58,342 nt of DNA, taken from a virus. Lineage: Duplodnaviria; Caudoviricetes. A program made the translations under genes and the position numbers. This document shows positions 1 through 9,334 of the stretch, one piece after another; within the stretch, counting starts at the first letter, position 1; each line of letters begins with the position of its first letter. The stretch covers positions 1 to 58,342 of IMG/VR virus record IMGVR_UViG_3300020021_000012, one strand, 5' to 3'. The notes beneath the pieces are model-generated. The model saw only the letters and a list, made by a program, of their open reading frames with translations, was not told where the DNA came from and ran no database searches.

Positions 1-126
1 TCTCTAAGGCGATTCTGTCGTACTCATATCGTTGGCCGTCTTTGGTGATGATGTAGGACGGAATGTCGCGTTCCCGATAAGTACCGATGCTGGGTCCATG
101 CTCGATCACGGCCATTTGTGTCCTCC
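1..126 (+). repeat. Terminal direct repeat, left copy (circular assembly overlap)
   Basis: Identical to 58214-58339. Confidence 0.95.
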
Positions 127-344
127 TGTTGCGCGATCCCGTGATGACATATCATCGGGTCTTGCGTTTTGGGCGACGCCGCGCATTCCACGGCGCCGGC
201 CTGATCGTTCGCCACAGCGGGCTATGGATTGCCTGAATGTGCCAGAGGAAGGGATTCATCCTCGGGATTTTGTGTCGCCATTTTGGGCCATAGGCGGGCA
301 CGATCATTTAGTCTCTCCTAGTCCGATGATAGCGCATCACAGCG

Positions 345-590
345 TCACAAGGTCCCCGGCACGATCCAGTCGCACGCCGTGAGACTGGGCTTGCCGATAA
401 ATCCGAATGTGTCTGGCGGGCAGTGGACCGGCTTGCCTCGTCCTCTGTAATGCACGTAATGCGGCCAGCGCTCGAACATCAGCGCAAAGAACTGGTCATG
501 CCGCAGCAGATGTCCGGTGTCTGCCTGCTGCATCGCGGCGTTGATAAGCATCGCTCGCCCGGCATCAGTCTCAGCTACAGAGAGCGCCAT
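345..590 (-). CDS. Hypothetical phage protein
   Basis: 81 aa ORF with upstream GAGGA, co-oriented with the early arm. Confidence 0.6.
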   Translation of the reverse strand: MALSVAETDAGRAMLINAAMQQADTGHLLRHDQFFALMFERWPHYVHYRGRGKPVHCPPDTFGFIGKPSLTACDWIVPGTL

Positions 591-754
591 CTCATCCTCC
601 TCTGGTCCGACCGTCTAGACATCACCGGGTCAGCCAAGAAAGGCTGATCAACCTCTCTGTCCTGCCGTTCATTGGACGGCGCATCCAGACGACTTCCACC
701 TTCCAAATGTGGAAGCACCAGCGATCGCGCGTAAAGGAATTTATTTGCATGGTC

Positions 755-979
755 CTATGATCTCTTGACACCGGCTGGCGCAGTTTCGGTGTGCCTAAAT
801 TCTACCGCTGATTTCCTGTTCTTCGCGCCAAACCAGAATTGCCAATAGGTGCCATCCGATGCCTGTACGCCCATGTACCAACTGTTGGCATCCATCTGCT
901 CGACGTGAATGGCGCAGTCTTGCGCCACGATCTCACCAATTGAGCCGTCATCGTTGCGCCTGATCTCGACCGCGCTCAT
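755..979 (-). CDS. Hypothetical phage protein
   Basis: Start re-called at MSAVEIRR, which has a GGAGG RBS. Confidence 0.7.
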   Translation of the reverse strand: MSAVEIRRNDDGSIGEIVAQDCAIHVEQMDANSWYMGVQASDGTYWQFWFGAKNRKSAVEFRHTETAPAGVKRS

Positions 980-992
980 GTTTCCTCCGGTC

Positions 993-1247
993 TCATGATT
1001 GCCCATCATCGATCAACTCTGGCGCCGCCTTAACTGCAGCAATGTAACGCAAATCGTGCTTCAGATTGGTGGCTATCTTTATTCCATAATGGCCCTTCGG
1101 CATCTCCTCCTTTACCTTTGGAGGCAGCGTGTCGAGATAGTTTTTTAAAGCACGCTTGGACGCAAGCCGCATCTCCGGTGTCATGGTGAGCGGTACCAAT
1201 TTCCACCCTGGAGGAATTACGACCGCTATTGTCCTATCGTGCTTCAT
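993..1247 (-). CDS. Hypothetical phage protein
   Basis: Start re-called at MKHDRT; PPGWKLVP motif common in small early phage proteins. Confidence 0.65.
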   Translation of the reverse strand: MKHDRTIAVVIPPGWKLVPLTMTPEMRLASKRALKNYLDTLPPKVKEEMPKGHYGIKIATNLKHDLRYIAAVKAAPELIDDGQS

Positions 1248-1264
1248 GGTCCGATGTTCGCTTA

Positions 1265-1528
1265 TCACCCAATCGGCGATCCGCCGGCATCTGCATCCCA
1301 GCACACGTCTAGCTTTGTTGCCGATGGTTTTCGGCGCCCCCTGATCTTCCCGCACTCATGGCAGCGATCGACGCCCTTTAAAGCATCATCAAGCGCCTGC
1401 TCGTATCGAGAGAACACATCGAGATAGCGCTTGGCTTGCTTTGCTTCCGCGTTTTCTCGCCGTATTCGAACCAACTCGGCCTCGACATCCGACCGCGTCA
1501 TATTGAGAAATAACCGTGGCTCATTCAT
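1265..1528 (-). CDS. Hypothetical protein with CxxC
   Basis: 87 aa, abuts upstream gene. Confidence 0.6.
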   Translation of the reverse strand: MNEPRLFLNMTRSDVEAELVRIRRENAEAKQAKRYLDVFSRYEQALDDALKGVDRCHECGKIRGRRKPSATKLDVCWDADAGGSPIG

Positions 1529-1753
1529 CTAAGGCTCCTGGCCCGCTGTCTGCTCATCGTCGGACCGCACCTTGTTAAGCCCAAGAGCGCGCCGCGCACG
1601 ATTGCGATCCCCCGGTGTTAGCTCATTCATCCCGAGACATGCGAAAGGACCGAGTGCCTTGCGCAGTTCTCCGTTTTCCTTTTTGAGCCGCCCGATCTCG
1701 GCATTCTTCTCCGCGATCGCATCCCATGCGCGAGCCTTATCGACGTGTGTCAT
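1529..1753 (-). CDS. Hypothetical coiled-coil protein
   Basis: 74 aa, RBS GGAGAGG, ATGA coupling. Confidence 0.65.
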   Translation of the reverse strand: MTHVDKARAWDAIAEKNAEIGRLKKENGELRKALGPFACLGMNELTPGDRNRARRALGLNKVRSDDEQTAGQEP

Positions 1754-2121
1754 GGTTTCCTCTCCTGGTCCGGTGTCTCACCGACACCGGCCGGCTCCGG
1801 GAGCGGCTGCCAATGCGTCGGTTGGTGGTCCCGATGCGAATGCGCCCAACACATATCGATGCCGACGTTCGTGAATTTGTCGACACTGACGCGCGGATAG
1901 AAGGGATGCGGAGGCCGTGAGACCAAAACACTCACCCCTTTCGGCGCCGTCTCGATATCCATCCACCCCTCCGGCTGGCGGGGCGCGGCGGCGCGCAGGG
2001 CGGCGCGGGCATGCGGGATGTAGGCTTCCCAATCTTCACTGGCTGATTCAGAGGGATCAAACGAGCAGTCCCAAATGGCTCGCGCTGCCGCCGCAACCTG
2101 CTGCTCGGTGGGGTCGCTCAT
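1750..2121 (-). CDS. DUF551-like phage protein
   Basis: WMDIETAPK...PTHWQPLPEP signature. Confidence 0.75.
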   Translation of the reverse strand: MSDPTEQQVAAAARAIWDCSFDPSESASEDWEAYIPHARAALRAAAPRQPEGWMDIETAPKGVSVLVSRPPHPFYPRVSVDKFTNVGIDMCWAHSHRDHQPTHWQPLPEPAGVGETPDQERKP

Positions 2122-2336
2122 GGCTGATCCTCCCAAACCCAGAGGCCAATTCGAAGTGGATCGCTGATCTTGTCGAGTTCGACCGCTATAAGGTCATCAA
2201 CTTCATCTCCCCAGCAAGGGAGATAGCCGATCTCGCCGGCCATGAATCGAGCAAGTCGCACATTTGCCCAGGCCATTACGTGGCGCTGGATTGTTTGCAT
2301 TCGCTGCTTTCCGGTCATCTCGCTCTCCGGTCCCAT
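2118..2336 (-). CDS. Hypothetical phage protein
   Basis: 72 aa, overlap coupling with next gene. Confidence 0.55.
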   Translation of the reverse strand: MGPESEMTGKQRMQTIQRHVMAWANVRLARFMAGEIGYLPCWGDEVDDLIAVELDKISDPLRIGLWVWEDQP

Positions 2337-2355
2337 GATGTGAGGTCAGCGGACC

Positions 2356-2532
2356 TCAATCTGCAGAGGGCATCGAATCGAATGCCCTCCTTTTCCATGT
2401 GTCGCGTTCCGCTCGAAGACTCTCGATCTCCACTTTCGCCCGCCGGAGCAAAGCGGCCGTATGGTGCGCGCTTGGGCCGCTCTGCTCATATGAAACGGCT
2501 CGATCTTCAAGTATTTCAGTAATGTCCGCCAT
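2356..2532 (-). CDS. Hypothetical phage protein
   Basis: Start re-called at MADITEIL; short coiled coil. Confidence 0.6.
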   Translation of the reverse strand: MADITEILEDRAVSYEQSGPSAHHTAALLRRAKVEIESLRAERDTWKRRAFDSMPSAD

Positions 2533-2569
2533 CTCGCGCTCCTGCTCTGTGCCGCTCCCGCCAACGAGG

Positions 2570-2911
2570 TCAGCGAAGCGCGTCCGCCGCAACTCGCTGA
2601 GGATCGCCGCAGCCTTCCCTAATCATCATCAGCGCTAACCCAAGCCTGTCGGCCTTTCTGCGCTGATCTTCGATCACGTCGGCGGTCGATTGGCGGATCG
2701 TATTGGCCACCGCAGCAAAGCAAGCAGCCGGCTCGCGCAAGGCGACGATTGCCTTTATGGCGGCGTCCTCAGCAACTGGCGGCAGGGCCGCGAGGCGATG
2801 ATGATTCCGACCACAACGCGGACATTCGCAGGCTCGCAACGCATCGGATCGGGCAAAGCGTTCGGCTGCGGTGCGGGGGATATCCAAGTCAACTGTCGTC
2901 TTGTTTTCCAT
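2570..2911 (-). CDS. Hypothetical protein with CPRCGRNH Zn-knuckle
   Basis: Start re-called at MENKTT with GGAGG RBS. Confidence 0.65.
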   Translation of the reverse strand: MENKTTVDLDIPRTAAERFARSDALRACECPRCGRNHHRLAALPPVAEDAAIKAIVALREPAACFAAVANTIRQSTADVIEDQRRKADRLGLALMMIREGCGDPQRVAADALR

Positions 2912-2955
2912 TCTCGCCTCCTGTTGCCGCCTGCTACTGTCTATCGCCAACTCGA

Positions 2956-3144
2956 TCAGCGTCGTTTGATCGTCTTGCGCTTTCGGACCATTGGGACGAC
3001 CATCACGCGAATGTGCCGAAGATCATCGCGAAGATGCTTCTTGTGCCATTCGACCTCGTAAATCTGGGGCGGGTCGTCCTCGCTGATCGCGGCCCATGCC
3101 TTGCCGGGCAGTGTTCGATTTGCTGGTGCCGTGTGCCTGCTCAT
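2956..3144 (-). CDS. Hypothetical phage protein
   Basis: Start re-called at MSRHTAP with GGAGAGG RBS. Confidence 0.55.
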   Translation of the reverse strand: MSRHTAPANRTLPGKAWAAISEDDPPQIYEVEWHKKHLRDDLRHIRVMVVPMVRKRKTIKRR

Positions 3145-3234
3145 ACTGACCTCTCCTGCGTCTTCCTGCCGTCTCTCGCCAACTCGACCGCCCGCAAATC
3201 CTTTACAAATCAATGGCCCGCGTGTGATGCATAA

Positions 3235-3507
3235 TCAGCGGGGCGCGCGTTGGCGCATGAGCTTGAGGAAGTATTCCGCCAGGCCGATCTCCGAATAGTT
3301 CCGGATCGTTGTCCATGGCATGTCGACAGAAATAAGCCTGTCGTCCATCGCGATGGCAAATTTGATGTCCTCGCGGCCACGCGCAGCGACGATCTTGCCG
3401 CCTGGATCGTAGGCAATTTGTTCACCGCGGTCGGCAGCTTTAAGGGACTGCGCAATTCGGCAAGCCTGAGCCTTGAGTTCTCGAAGGGGAGAGGTTTTTG
3501 GCGTCAT
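3235..3507 (-). CDS. Hypothetical phage protein
   Basis: 90 aa, ATGA-coupled to upstream gene. Confidence 0.65.
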   Translation of the reverse strand: MTPKTSPLRELKAQACRIAQSLKAADRGEQIAYDPGGKIVAARGREDIKFAIAMDDRLISVDMPWTTIRNYSEIGLAEYFLKLMRQRAPR

Positions 3508-4187
3508 GGGATTAACTCCAATTGTTTAGCCGATATGCGCCATGACGCCGGGCATTGCGCGGAATCCCAACGGTCGGCCATTTTTCTCGGGCTGTTCTGG
3601 TCACGGTTGTGATTGCGGGCGATGTCCGTGCTATCGACAGACGCAAACGGCCAACGCTTGCCCGAGCAGGCCATCCCGCGCAGCATGTGAACCCAAGGCA
3701 GGCGATGGTGCTGCCTCGCTAGCCGATCCCACGCCTCATCCATGCGGCGTTCCCATGGCGCCGACATCACGTCGGCATAGATCGAGGTCGACCCGATGCA
3801 AACCTTCGGCCAGTCGCTGCAGAGCTGCGCAAGGCGGTCGATTGGTTCGTCCATGTGCCAAACGGGTGCCCCGCGATCCCCGAACGGCCATTGCAGAACG
3901 AGGCCGTCCTGAGCCTCCGAGCCACCATCAATCTCATCCGGGATCACGGCCCACGTCGTGGGATAATCGAGCCACTCATCCGACCAGTCGTAATAGGCCG
4001 GCCAGTTGGTTGCCGTTCCCTTTTTCCATTTGGAAAATGCACCGTTGTCGAGCATCACGGACTGTCCGATCATGTGACAGCGCGAGACATCGCCAGGGTG
4101 GGCAAACGACACACAGAAGCACCGACCCGCGAGGTCGTAGAGCGCGGTCATCGGCGTTATCGGCGTGCCATGGTAGTGAATGGTCAC
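3504..4187 (-). CDS. Conserved phage protein, putative TGT/DpdA-like (queuine tRNA-ribosyltransferase-like) fold
   Basis: HYHGTP N-terminus, LDNGAFS (compare TGT DSGGF), IPD, HMLRG and SVDST motifs. Confidence 0.55.
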   Translation of the reverse strand: MTIHYHGTPITPMTALYDLAGRCFCVSFAHPGDVSRCHMIGQSVMLDNGAFSKWKKGTATNWPAYYDWSDEWLDYPTTWAVIPDEIDGGSEAQDGLVLQWPFGDRGAPVWHMDEPIDRLAQLCSDWPKVCIGSTSIYADVMSAPWERRMDEAWDRLARQHHRLPWVHMLRGMACSGKRWPFASVDSTDIARNHNRDQNSPRKMADRWDSAQCPASWRISAKQLELIP

Positions 4188-4199
4188 GTGGCCACCCCC

Positions 4200-4388
4200 T
4201 GCGGCACAGCTTTGGCACAGTAATGCGCCAATGTTCTTGCTCGGTTCACGTTATTCATCCGCGTTCGTCTTAGGTTTATCAACTACTTAACCCTGGGGCA
4301 CATCGTTCCGCACGATGCTCTATTTTGCAGATTGCGCACTGCCGCAGCGGTATCTTGCAGGCGCGGATCGGATACGGCACAGATTGGC
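4200..4388. other. Putative attP site
   Basis: GGCACAG arm-like repeats (4203, 4214, 4376); perfect IHF consensus TATCAACTACTTA (4277-4289); core CATCG-TTCCGCA-CGATG (4301-4317), a 5-bp inverted repeat around a 7-bp spacer. Confidence 0.6.
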
Positions 4389-4389
4389 G

Positions 4390-5160
4390 TCATAAGTCCT
4401 GCTCTGCGATGTGGCAAAGGAAGTCGCACGACGGCTGTATCGGATCGTTGGTCGGCTGGTCGGCCGGTATCTCATCAATGAACCTGCGCTCGTCATTGAT
4501 CCGGCAAAGTCGGGCGCCGATTTCGCGGGAGTAGATCGCCGCCCGGTCAAACTCGATCGGGAAGTGCTTGCGGATCAGTGCCCAATAAGCTGGCGAGGTC
4601 GCCTTGACGCACGGGATACAATTGTTGTTTTCGAAGCCCAATTCGTACATCACCGGAACGGTGATGCCAGCGCGCTCGACCATGGCGATGCATGCCGCTT
4701 TGGTCAGCCCGCGATCGATCAGCGGGGTGCTGATCGTCAATTCGGGATAGGTGTCTCGGAGCAGTGCGGCTCGCGTCATGTCCCGGAGGTCGGCCGTGTA
4801 GCCGAAAACGTGGATGTCGGTCGGCCGCTGGAACTCAAGCCGGGGCTCGACCTTCAGCGCCACCGTACATTTTGCGCCGTTGATGCCGGCCATGTATCGA
4901 TGCTTTTCCCAGACGTGCCAAGTGTCGCGATATTTCGGATTGCGCAGGCGCGTAATCGGCCGCCCGAACCACGTCTCGCAATCGCCGAAGAATCGCAGAT
5001 TGTCGGGGTGCTCAGAGCCCGTCTCGCAATAGGTTGGCAATGCATGCGGACATAGCTTCGCCGCGACAGCGGAGGCCGCCCCGCAAGAGAACCAGGCTAT
5101 TGTTCGCGTCAACGCTCGTGCTCCCATTCGCCGCAACGAGAACAATATGCTCCGTCCCAC
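4390..5160 (-). CDS. PAPS-reductase-like (PP-loop) protein; true start probably ~5112
   Basis: WFSCGAASAVA PP-loop variant, EHPDNLRF, LGFENNNCIPCVKA Cys motif. Confidence 0.75.
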   Translation of the reverse strand: MGRSILFSLRRMGARALTRTIAWFSCGAASAVAAKLCPHALPTYCETGSEHPDNLRFFGDCETWFGRPITRLRNPKYRDTWHVWEKHRYMAGINGAKCTVALKVEPRLEFQRPTDIHVFGYTADLRDMTRAALLRDTYPELTISTPLIDRGLTKAACIAMVERAGITVPVMYELGFENNNCIPCVKATSPAYWALIRKHFPIEFDRAAIYSREIGARLCRINDERRFIDEIPADQPTNDPIQPSCDFLCHIAEQDL

Positions 5161-5201
5161 TTATGTCCTTTAAACATACAGATTATCCATTTATACATCG
5201 G

Positions 5202-6194
5202 TCAAACCTCCGCCGCTGCCTTCTGGTGATCCGGGTGGTGGTGGGAATAGGTCCGCGTTATGGTCTCCACCGTCATCCCCAAATGCCCCGCCGCTTCCCA
5301 GATCGGCACCCCGGCCTGCATCAGCCATGTTGCACGGGTGTGTCTGAGCGTATGCGGCGTGACCTTGCTCAGCCCCGCGCGCTTGACGGCCGCCGGGAAG
5401 GATGTCTTGAGCATCGCCACCCTGACCCCATCGTAGTGGCACAAGTATTTGACCTCCGGGGAATCGAGCCGGCGCCAGCGTCGCAGGTGCGATAGAATGC
5501 GCTTGCCTAATCGGACAGGCGGGGTACGCTTGCGCGCATCCTCGGCCTCGCCAGAGGCCCGGCGCCGCATCACTCCCCGCTCCAGATCGATTTGGTTCCA
5601 TGTCAGGCTCAGGATGACCGTGGGTCTACTGCCGGTGTAGAGCCCGAGTAGTATGAAGCGCGCCAGATGCGGTATTCTTCGTCCCGCGTTAAGGAGGGCT
5701 GCAGCTTCTGCTCTGGTAAGCCATCGGTCGCGGGCTTCTCGTTTGCCGGGGAGCACGATACTTGGTATCGCCGCCAAAGGACTCTTTTCTCGATGCCAGT
5801 ATCGGATGGCGGCTCGGAGGATTTCCAGATCACGGCGTGTTCCGGAACCTTCCCGGCTTCGAGCATATTCGCGACATGATCCGGGAGTGATATCGGATAA
5901 TCGAAGGCCACCGAACCATCGTCCCAGAACACCGAGATTGTATAAATTGTTCCGCGCGGTTTTGGTGTGCGGAACATGCTCTGTAGCGTAGACAGAAAGG
6001 ACATCTGAAATCAGCGGCGAGGGGCCGCGCTCCGGTGTGTGTTTTTGTTCGAGGTAGCTTTCAAGTTGCTTTGCAGCGTTTGCAACGTCCGCTTCAAGGC
6101 ACCCTGTGCGGACGAAGCTCGCTCCGTCGCGGATAACCCACGCGCCTCGCGCTTTGTCGAGATAAAGCCTCGGCGGCGATCTGCGACGCGGCAT
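5202..6194 (-). CDS. int: Tyrosine integrase
   Basis: Catalytic R (TGSR), K, HTLRH, H (GHLG), Y (TYSH). Confidence 0.95.
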   Translation of the reverse strand: MPRRRSPPRLYLDKARGAWVIRDGASFVRTGCLEADVANAAKQLESYLEQKHTPERGPSPLISDVLSVYATEHVPHTKTARNNLYNLGVLGRWFGGLRLSDITPGSCREYARSREGSGTRRDLEILRAAIRYWHREKSPLAAIPSIVLPGKREARDRWLTRAEAAALLNAGRRIPHLARFILLGLYTGSRPTVILSLTWNQIDLERGVMRRRASGEAEDARKRTPPVRLGKRILSHLRRWRRLDSPEVKYLCHYDGVRVAMLKTSFPAAVKRAGLSKVTPHTLRHTRATWLMQAGVPIWEAAGHLGMTVETITRTYSHHHPDHQKAAAEV

Positions 6195-6364
6195 TTCTCT
6201 ATCATCTCCCGCACGCTACGAATTGTCGTAAAGTCTCGCTTGCCGATCCTGAACACGTCAAGGCGTCCCCGCGCGGCCTCGGCACGAAGGGTACTCGCTG
6301 TCACCTTGCCGCCGAAGACTTCCTTGCATGCCTCAGCGAGCGTCACGGGATCATCTTCTGTCAT
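6011..6364 (-). CDS. Excisionase-like wHTH protein overlapping int
   Basis: VTLAEAC...TLRAEAARGRL...RIGKRDFTT pattern directly upstream of int. Confidence 0.7.
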   Translation of the reverse strand: MTEDDPVTLAEACKEVFGGKVTASTLRAEAARGRLDVFRIGKRDFTTIRSVREMIEKCRVADRRRGFISTKREARGLSATERASSAQGALKRTLQTLQSNLKATSNKNTHRSAAPRR

Positions 6365-6392
6365 TTTGTTCTCGCGAACGCGCCAAAATTCT

Positions 6393-6779
6393 CTAGTCTC
6401 CGCTGTCAACGCTCATGTCGAGCCCGCACTTACTGCAGCGCGCGGGATGCCAGCCGCGCGAATGGTTGGCGCCCGCGCCCTCGACCGGGGCATGGTCGCA
6501 GATCGCAAACTTCATCGCGGTCGCGCGGCAGGCGCCATCTTTCCACGCTGTCCAAGCGACGATGCCGGTGCCTTGCAGGCCGCCGCCCTGGCCATAGTCG
6601 AGGAAGAAGCGCGCGCCCCATTCGGTGCGACCGCCCAGCAGCGCGCGACCGGAATGCATCTCGCGATAGTGGAGGATCGCCGCGCCGACATCGCCTTCCA
6701 CGGCCTTCGCATTCGGCACCTCGACCTTGCCGTTCACGATAGGCATCAGGTCGTCGTCGAGTGAATATCGCTTGTTCAT
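6393..6779 (-). CDS. Hypothetical protein with C-terminal Zn-binding motif (copy 1 of duplicated gene)
   Basis: CDH...HPARCSKCG; near-identical to 10395-10781. Confidence 0.8.
   Translation of the reverse strand: MNKRYSLDDDLMPIVNGKVEVPNAKAVEGDVGAAILHYREMHSGRALLGGRTEWGARFFLDYGQGGGLQGTGIVAWTAWKDGACRATAMKFAICDHAPVEGAGANHSRGWHPARCSKCGLDMSVDSGD
6393..6779. repeat. ~390-bp near-identical direct repeat of 10395-10781
   Basis: Manual alignment, offset 4002 nt, about 10 synonymous differences in the gene body. Confidence 0.95.
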
Positions 6780-6806
6780 TAGTCCCTCCTGGTCCGGTGA
6801 TACCGA

Positions 6807-7235
6807 TTAAAGGCCCGCAGCGATCAGATGCCGCCGGGCCTCGATTGTCTCTCGAACGATTGTTTCCATGACGCCCACATTGTCGCCGGCACCAAACAGA
6901 CAGAGCGCCAACAAGAACGGGTCCGTCCGATGTTTGCTCCAGAACGCTTCCTCGCCGATGTTGTGCTGCGCATCGGGCAAGAGACGATGATGGCCCGCGC
7001 ACAATGGAATCGCCCACCGATCGGACGGCTTTTCGCCAGATCCCGGGCTATCCTTGCCGTGCGCTCTGCTGGCCATTCGGATGTGCGCCGCTTCGATGGC
7101 CTGGTAGGTGCCGCAGATACAGCACGGCAGTTGCCTGATGGCCTTGAGATGACGTCCGTCCTCGACGCGCGGGCGCTTCTTGCCGTGCGACAATCGGAAC
7201 GCCGTGTCCGGAATGGCAATGCGGCCGGCTCTCAT
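6807..7235 (-). CDS. DUF968-like Zn/HNH-type putative nuclease
   Basis: IRQLPCCICG...EAAHIR...KPSDRWAIPLCAGHH. Confidence 0.75.
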   Translation of the reverse strand: MRAGRIAIPDTAFRLSHGKKRPRVEDGRHLKAIRQLPCCICGTYQAIEAAHIRMASRAHGKDSPGSGEKPSDRWAIPLCAGHHRLLPDAQHNIGEEAFWSKHRTDPFLLALCLFGAGDNVGVMETIVRETIEARRHLIAAGL

Positions 7236-7699
7236 GCTGGCTCCCTCTCGCGCTCTGGCACGACGGACGGCGACTGCGTTTCATCGGTCTCCGCCATCAG
7301 CTCTTCCGGCGTGCAGCCGAGAAATTGCCCGAGCACGTAGGAGCAGCGTCGCCTGAATCGCACAAACTTCGCTTCACCCATGGCCGCGAAACTGATGGAG
7401 CCCGGCCGCTGGCTTTCCCGACCAGTCAGCGGGTTGATCTTTTTCTTGGAGAGCCCGACCGCCTCTTTCAGATCGTCGAGCAATTCCTCTTCATCGAGCC
7501 ATTGGTCGTCAGTATTCTCGCAGACTTTTCGCAGCATCGCGAAAAACCAGCGAAGATGTTGGGGGGACCGGGCCTTGCGAACGGTGAAGACAACCTCACG
7601 GCCATCCGCGACCGATGCGGTCATCTCCTCAGCTGCGAAATCGGCCGGAAAAAAACCGCCGTTGCGCTTCACGAAGCATCGCCCGTCAAGGTCGCCCAT
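7232..7699 (-). CDS. DUF1367/NinB-like recombination-associated protein
   Basis: ARSPQHLRWFFAML and PGSISFAAM motifs. Confidence 0.7.
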   Translation of the reverse strand: MGDLDGRCFVKRNGGFFPADFAAEEMTASVADGREVVFTVRKARSPQHLRWFFAMLRKVCENTDDQWLDEEELLDDLKEAVGLSKKKINPLTGRESQRPGSISFAAMGEAKFVRFRRRCSYVLGQFLGCTPEELMAETDETQSPSVVPEREREPA

Positions 7700-8703
7700 C
7701 AGTCGCCACCGAGACGGCGTTCATGCTTGCGGAACAACGACAAAACCTCGTCGGCATCCGGCGGCAGAAACTGCGCCAGATGCGGCTCGATGCGATGGCT
7801 GTACGTTGGATCGAGCATCCCGGCATCCGTCACGCTGGCCAGGATGGCGTCGGCGTATTTGAGGAATTGCTCAGGGTCGGTCGGGATTTCCTCGCCCTTG
7901 GCGATAGCCTTCGGCTTGGCCTTAAGACCCTCTCGGTGTTCCTTGTACCGCCCGCTGAGAATCTCCCGCCAATCATCCGGCAAAACCTCGGCGCGCTTCT
8001 CGGCCTTTTTCTTCCATGCCCGCAATTCCTCGACGTCCGCGATTGCGTACATTTCCTTTTGCAGCGCGTCACCGATCGGACGGGCATTCGCCTTGGACAG
8101 CGGCTTGATGCCGTCGCCTGCCGGCGGGAACCAGTCCTCGCTATCCGACGAGGGGACGTCGGTGATATCGTCGGGGCGCGTGACGTGAGGATTCTGCCGC
8201 CGCGCTGCTGGGATATCCTCGACCTCGGTTTCGTCCAGCATTGCAAGCCCGCAGATCGAGAGCGTGGCGCGGCGCTTGGCCTTGGTCTCCGCCTTCATCA
8301 AGGCGTTCGCGAGCGCCTCGCCCTTTAAATTGGCAATGCTCACAGCACCCTTGGAGATATCGGTGCGGCCATCGGCGTTGGCCACCTTGCACGTCACGAT
8401 GTAGACGCCGTCGCGTTCGGTTTCGGCCATCTCTGCGACCGAGATTTTGTGAATGGACCGGAGCTGGTCGGTGCAAGCGCGCAGGGCGTAGAGGGTCAGC
8501 TTATTGTTGAGCGTGATGTATTCGAACGGCTTCGTCAGCGGATTGAGGCCGACCGATTTGCAGACCGCATTGTAATAATCGAGACGCTGCGGATCGGTGA
8601 GCTTAGAGAGATCACCGCGCATGACGACGCTCTCGACGGTGGACGGGGTCGGATGCGATCCATTGCCGTTGCGTGTTGCAACTGCTGTGCTGCTGATGCT
8701 CAT
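7699..8703 (-). CDS. Single-strand annealing recombinase (Bet/RecT-like)
   Basis: CKSVGLNPLTKPF...MKAETKAKRRA; position in recombination module. Confidence 0.7.
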   Translation of the reverse strand: MSISSTAVATRNGNGSHPTPSTVESVVMRGDLSKLTDPQRLDYYNAVCKSVGLNPLTKPFEYITLNNKLTLYALRACTDQLRSIHKISVAEMAETERDGVYIVTCKVANADGRTDISKGAVSIANLKGEALANALMKAETKAKRRATLSICGLAMLDETEVEDIPAARRQNPHVTRPDDITDVPSSDSEDWFPPAGDGIKPLSKANARPIGDALQKEMYAIADVEELRAWKKKAEKRAEVLPDDWREILSGRYKEHREGLKAKPKAIAKGEEIPTDPEQFLKYADAILASVTDAGMLDPTYSHRIEPHLAQFLPPDADEVLSLFRKHERRLGGD

Positions 8704-8975
8704 GACTGCGCCTTCCGCCTGTTGACGTGAAACTGGATCACCCGGCCCAAGCTCTCCGATAGCAGCCGGGATTGTTTGATGAGCCTCGTGAGTTCGGCGT
8801 GGGCCTCGTTCATGCCGTCAAGTTCGCGTCTATCTCGCCAGCATCTTAGATGGGCAACCGCCAAGCGAGCGTCGGCAAGCGCGCTGTCGATCTCGCTGAC
8901 GACATATGCCGTGCCATCAAACACATCGATCATCTGTTGCGGCTCGTTCACGACACATCCCCACAATGCTTGCAC
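8700..8975 (-). CDS. Hypothetical phage protein
   Basis: ORF coupled to neighbours; start uncertain. Confidence 0.5.
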   Translation of the reverse strand: MQALWGCVVNEPQQMIDVFDGTAYVVSEIDSALADARLAVAHLRCWRDRRELDGMNEAHAELTRLIKQSRLLSESLGRVIQFHVNRRKAQS

Positions 8976-9334
8976 TCACCCGGCGCGTTGTGTTGCGCCT
9001 CCATCTGGTCGAGATGCAGGGCTACTGCATCGGCAACGACGGCTGAGGCAACCTCGCCATGGGCCATGCAGTAGCGGCGGAGTTTTTCCTCCAGAAAGAT
9101 CGACAACGTGAACTGCATGCTGGTCGGCGTGATCACGATGGAGCGCGCCCTACGAGGCATCCAGTCGACCAAGCCGCGATCTTTGAGGTTACAAAGGATC
9201 GACTGGACACGACCGGGAGATTTCAACCCAAGTTCGTCCGCAATCTCCCGGAGCGATGGAGATTTGCGATGCCTGGAGATGTACCGCTCGATGAAGGCGA
9301 ATGCGTCCTGTTGCCGCCCGGTGGTGCCCATCAT
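8948..9334 (-). CDS. LexA DNA-binding-domain protein lacking the peptidase domain
   Basis: SPSLREIADELGLKS...L..RG...RARSI, the LexA N-terminal wHTH signature. Confidence 0.8.
   Translation of the reverse strand: MMGTTGRQQDAFAFIERYISRHRKSPSLREIADELGLKSPGRVQSILCNLKDRGLVDWMPRRARSIVITPTSMQFTLSIFLEEKLRRYCMAHGEVASAVVADAVALHLDQMEAQHNAPGECKHCGDVS

Noticed and set aside
1-126. Biological direct terminal repeat (T7-like)
   Set aside because: The length fits a k-mer overlap, it falls mid-gene far from terS, and a P22-like architecture suggests headful packaging.
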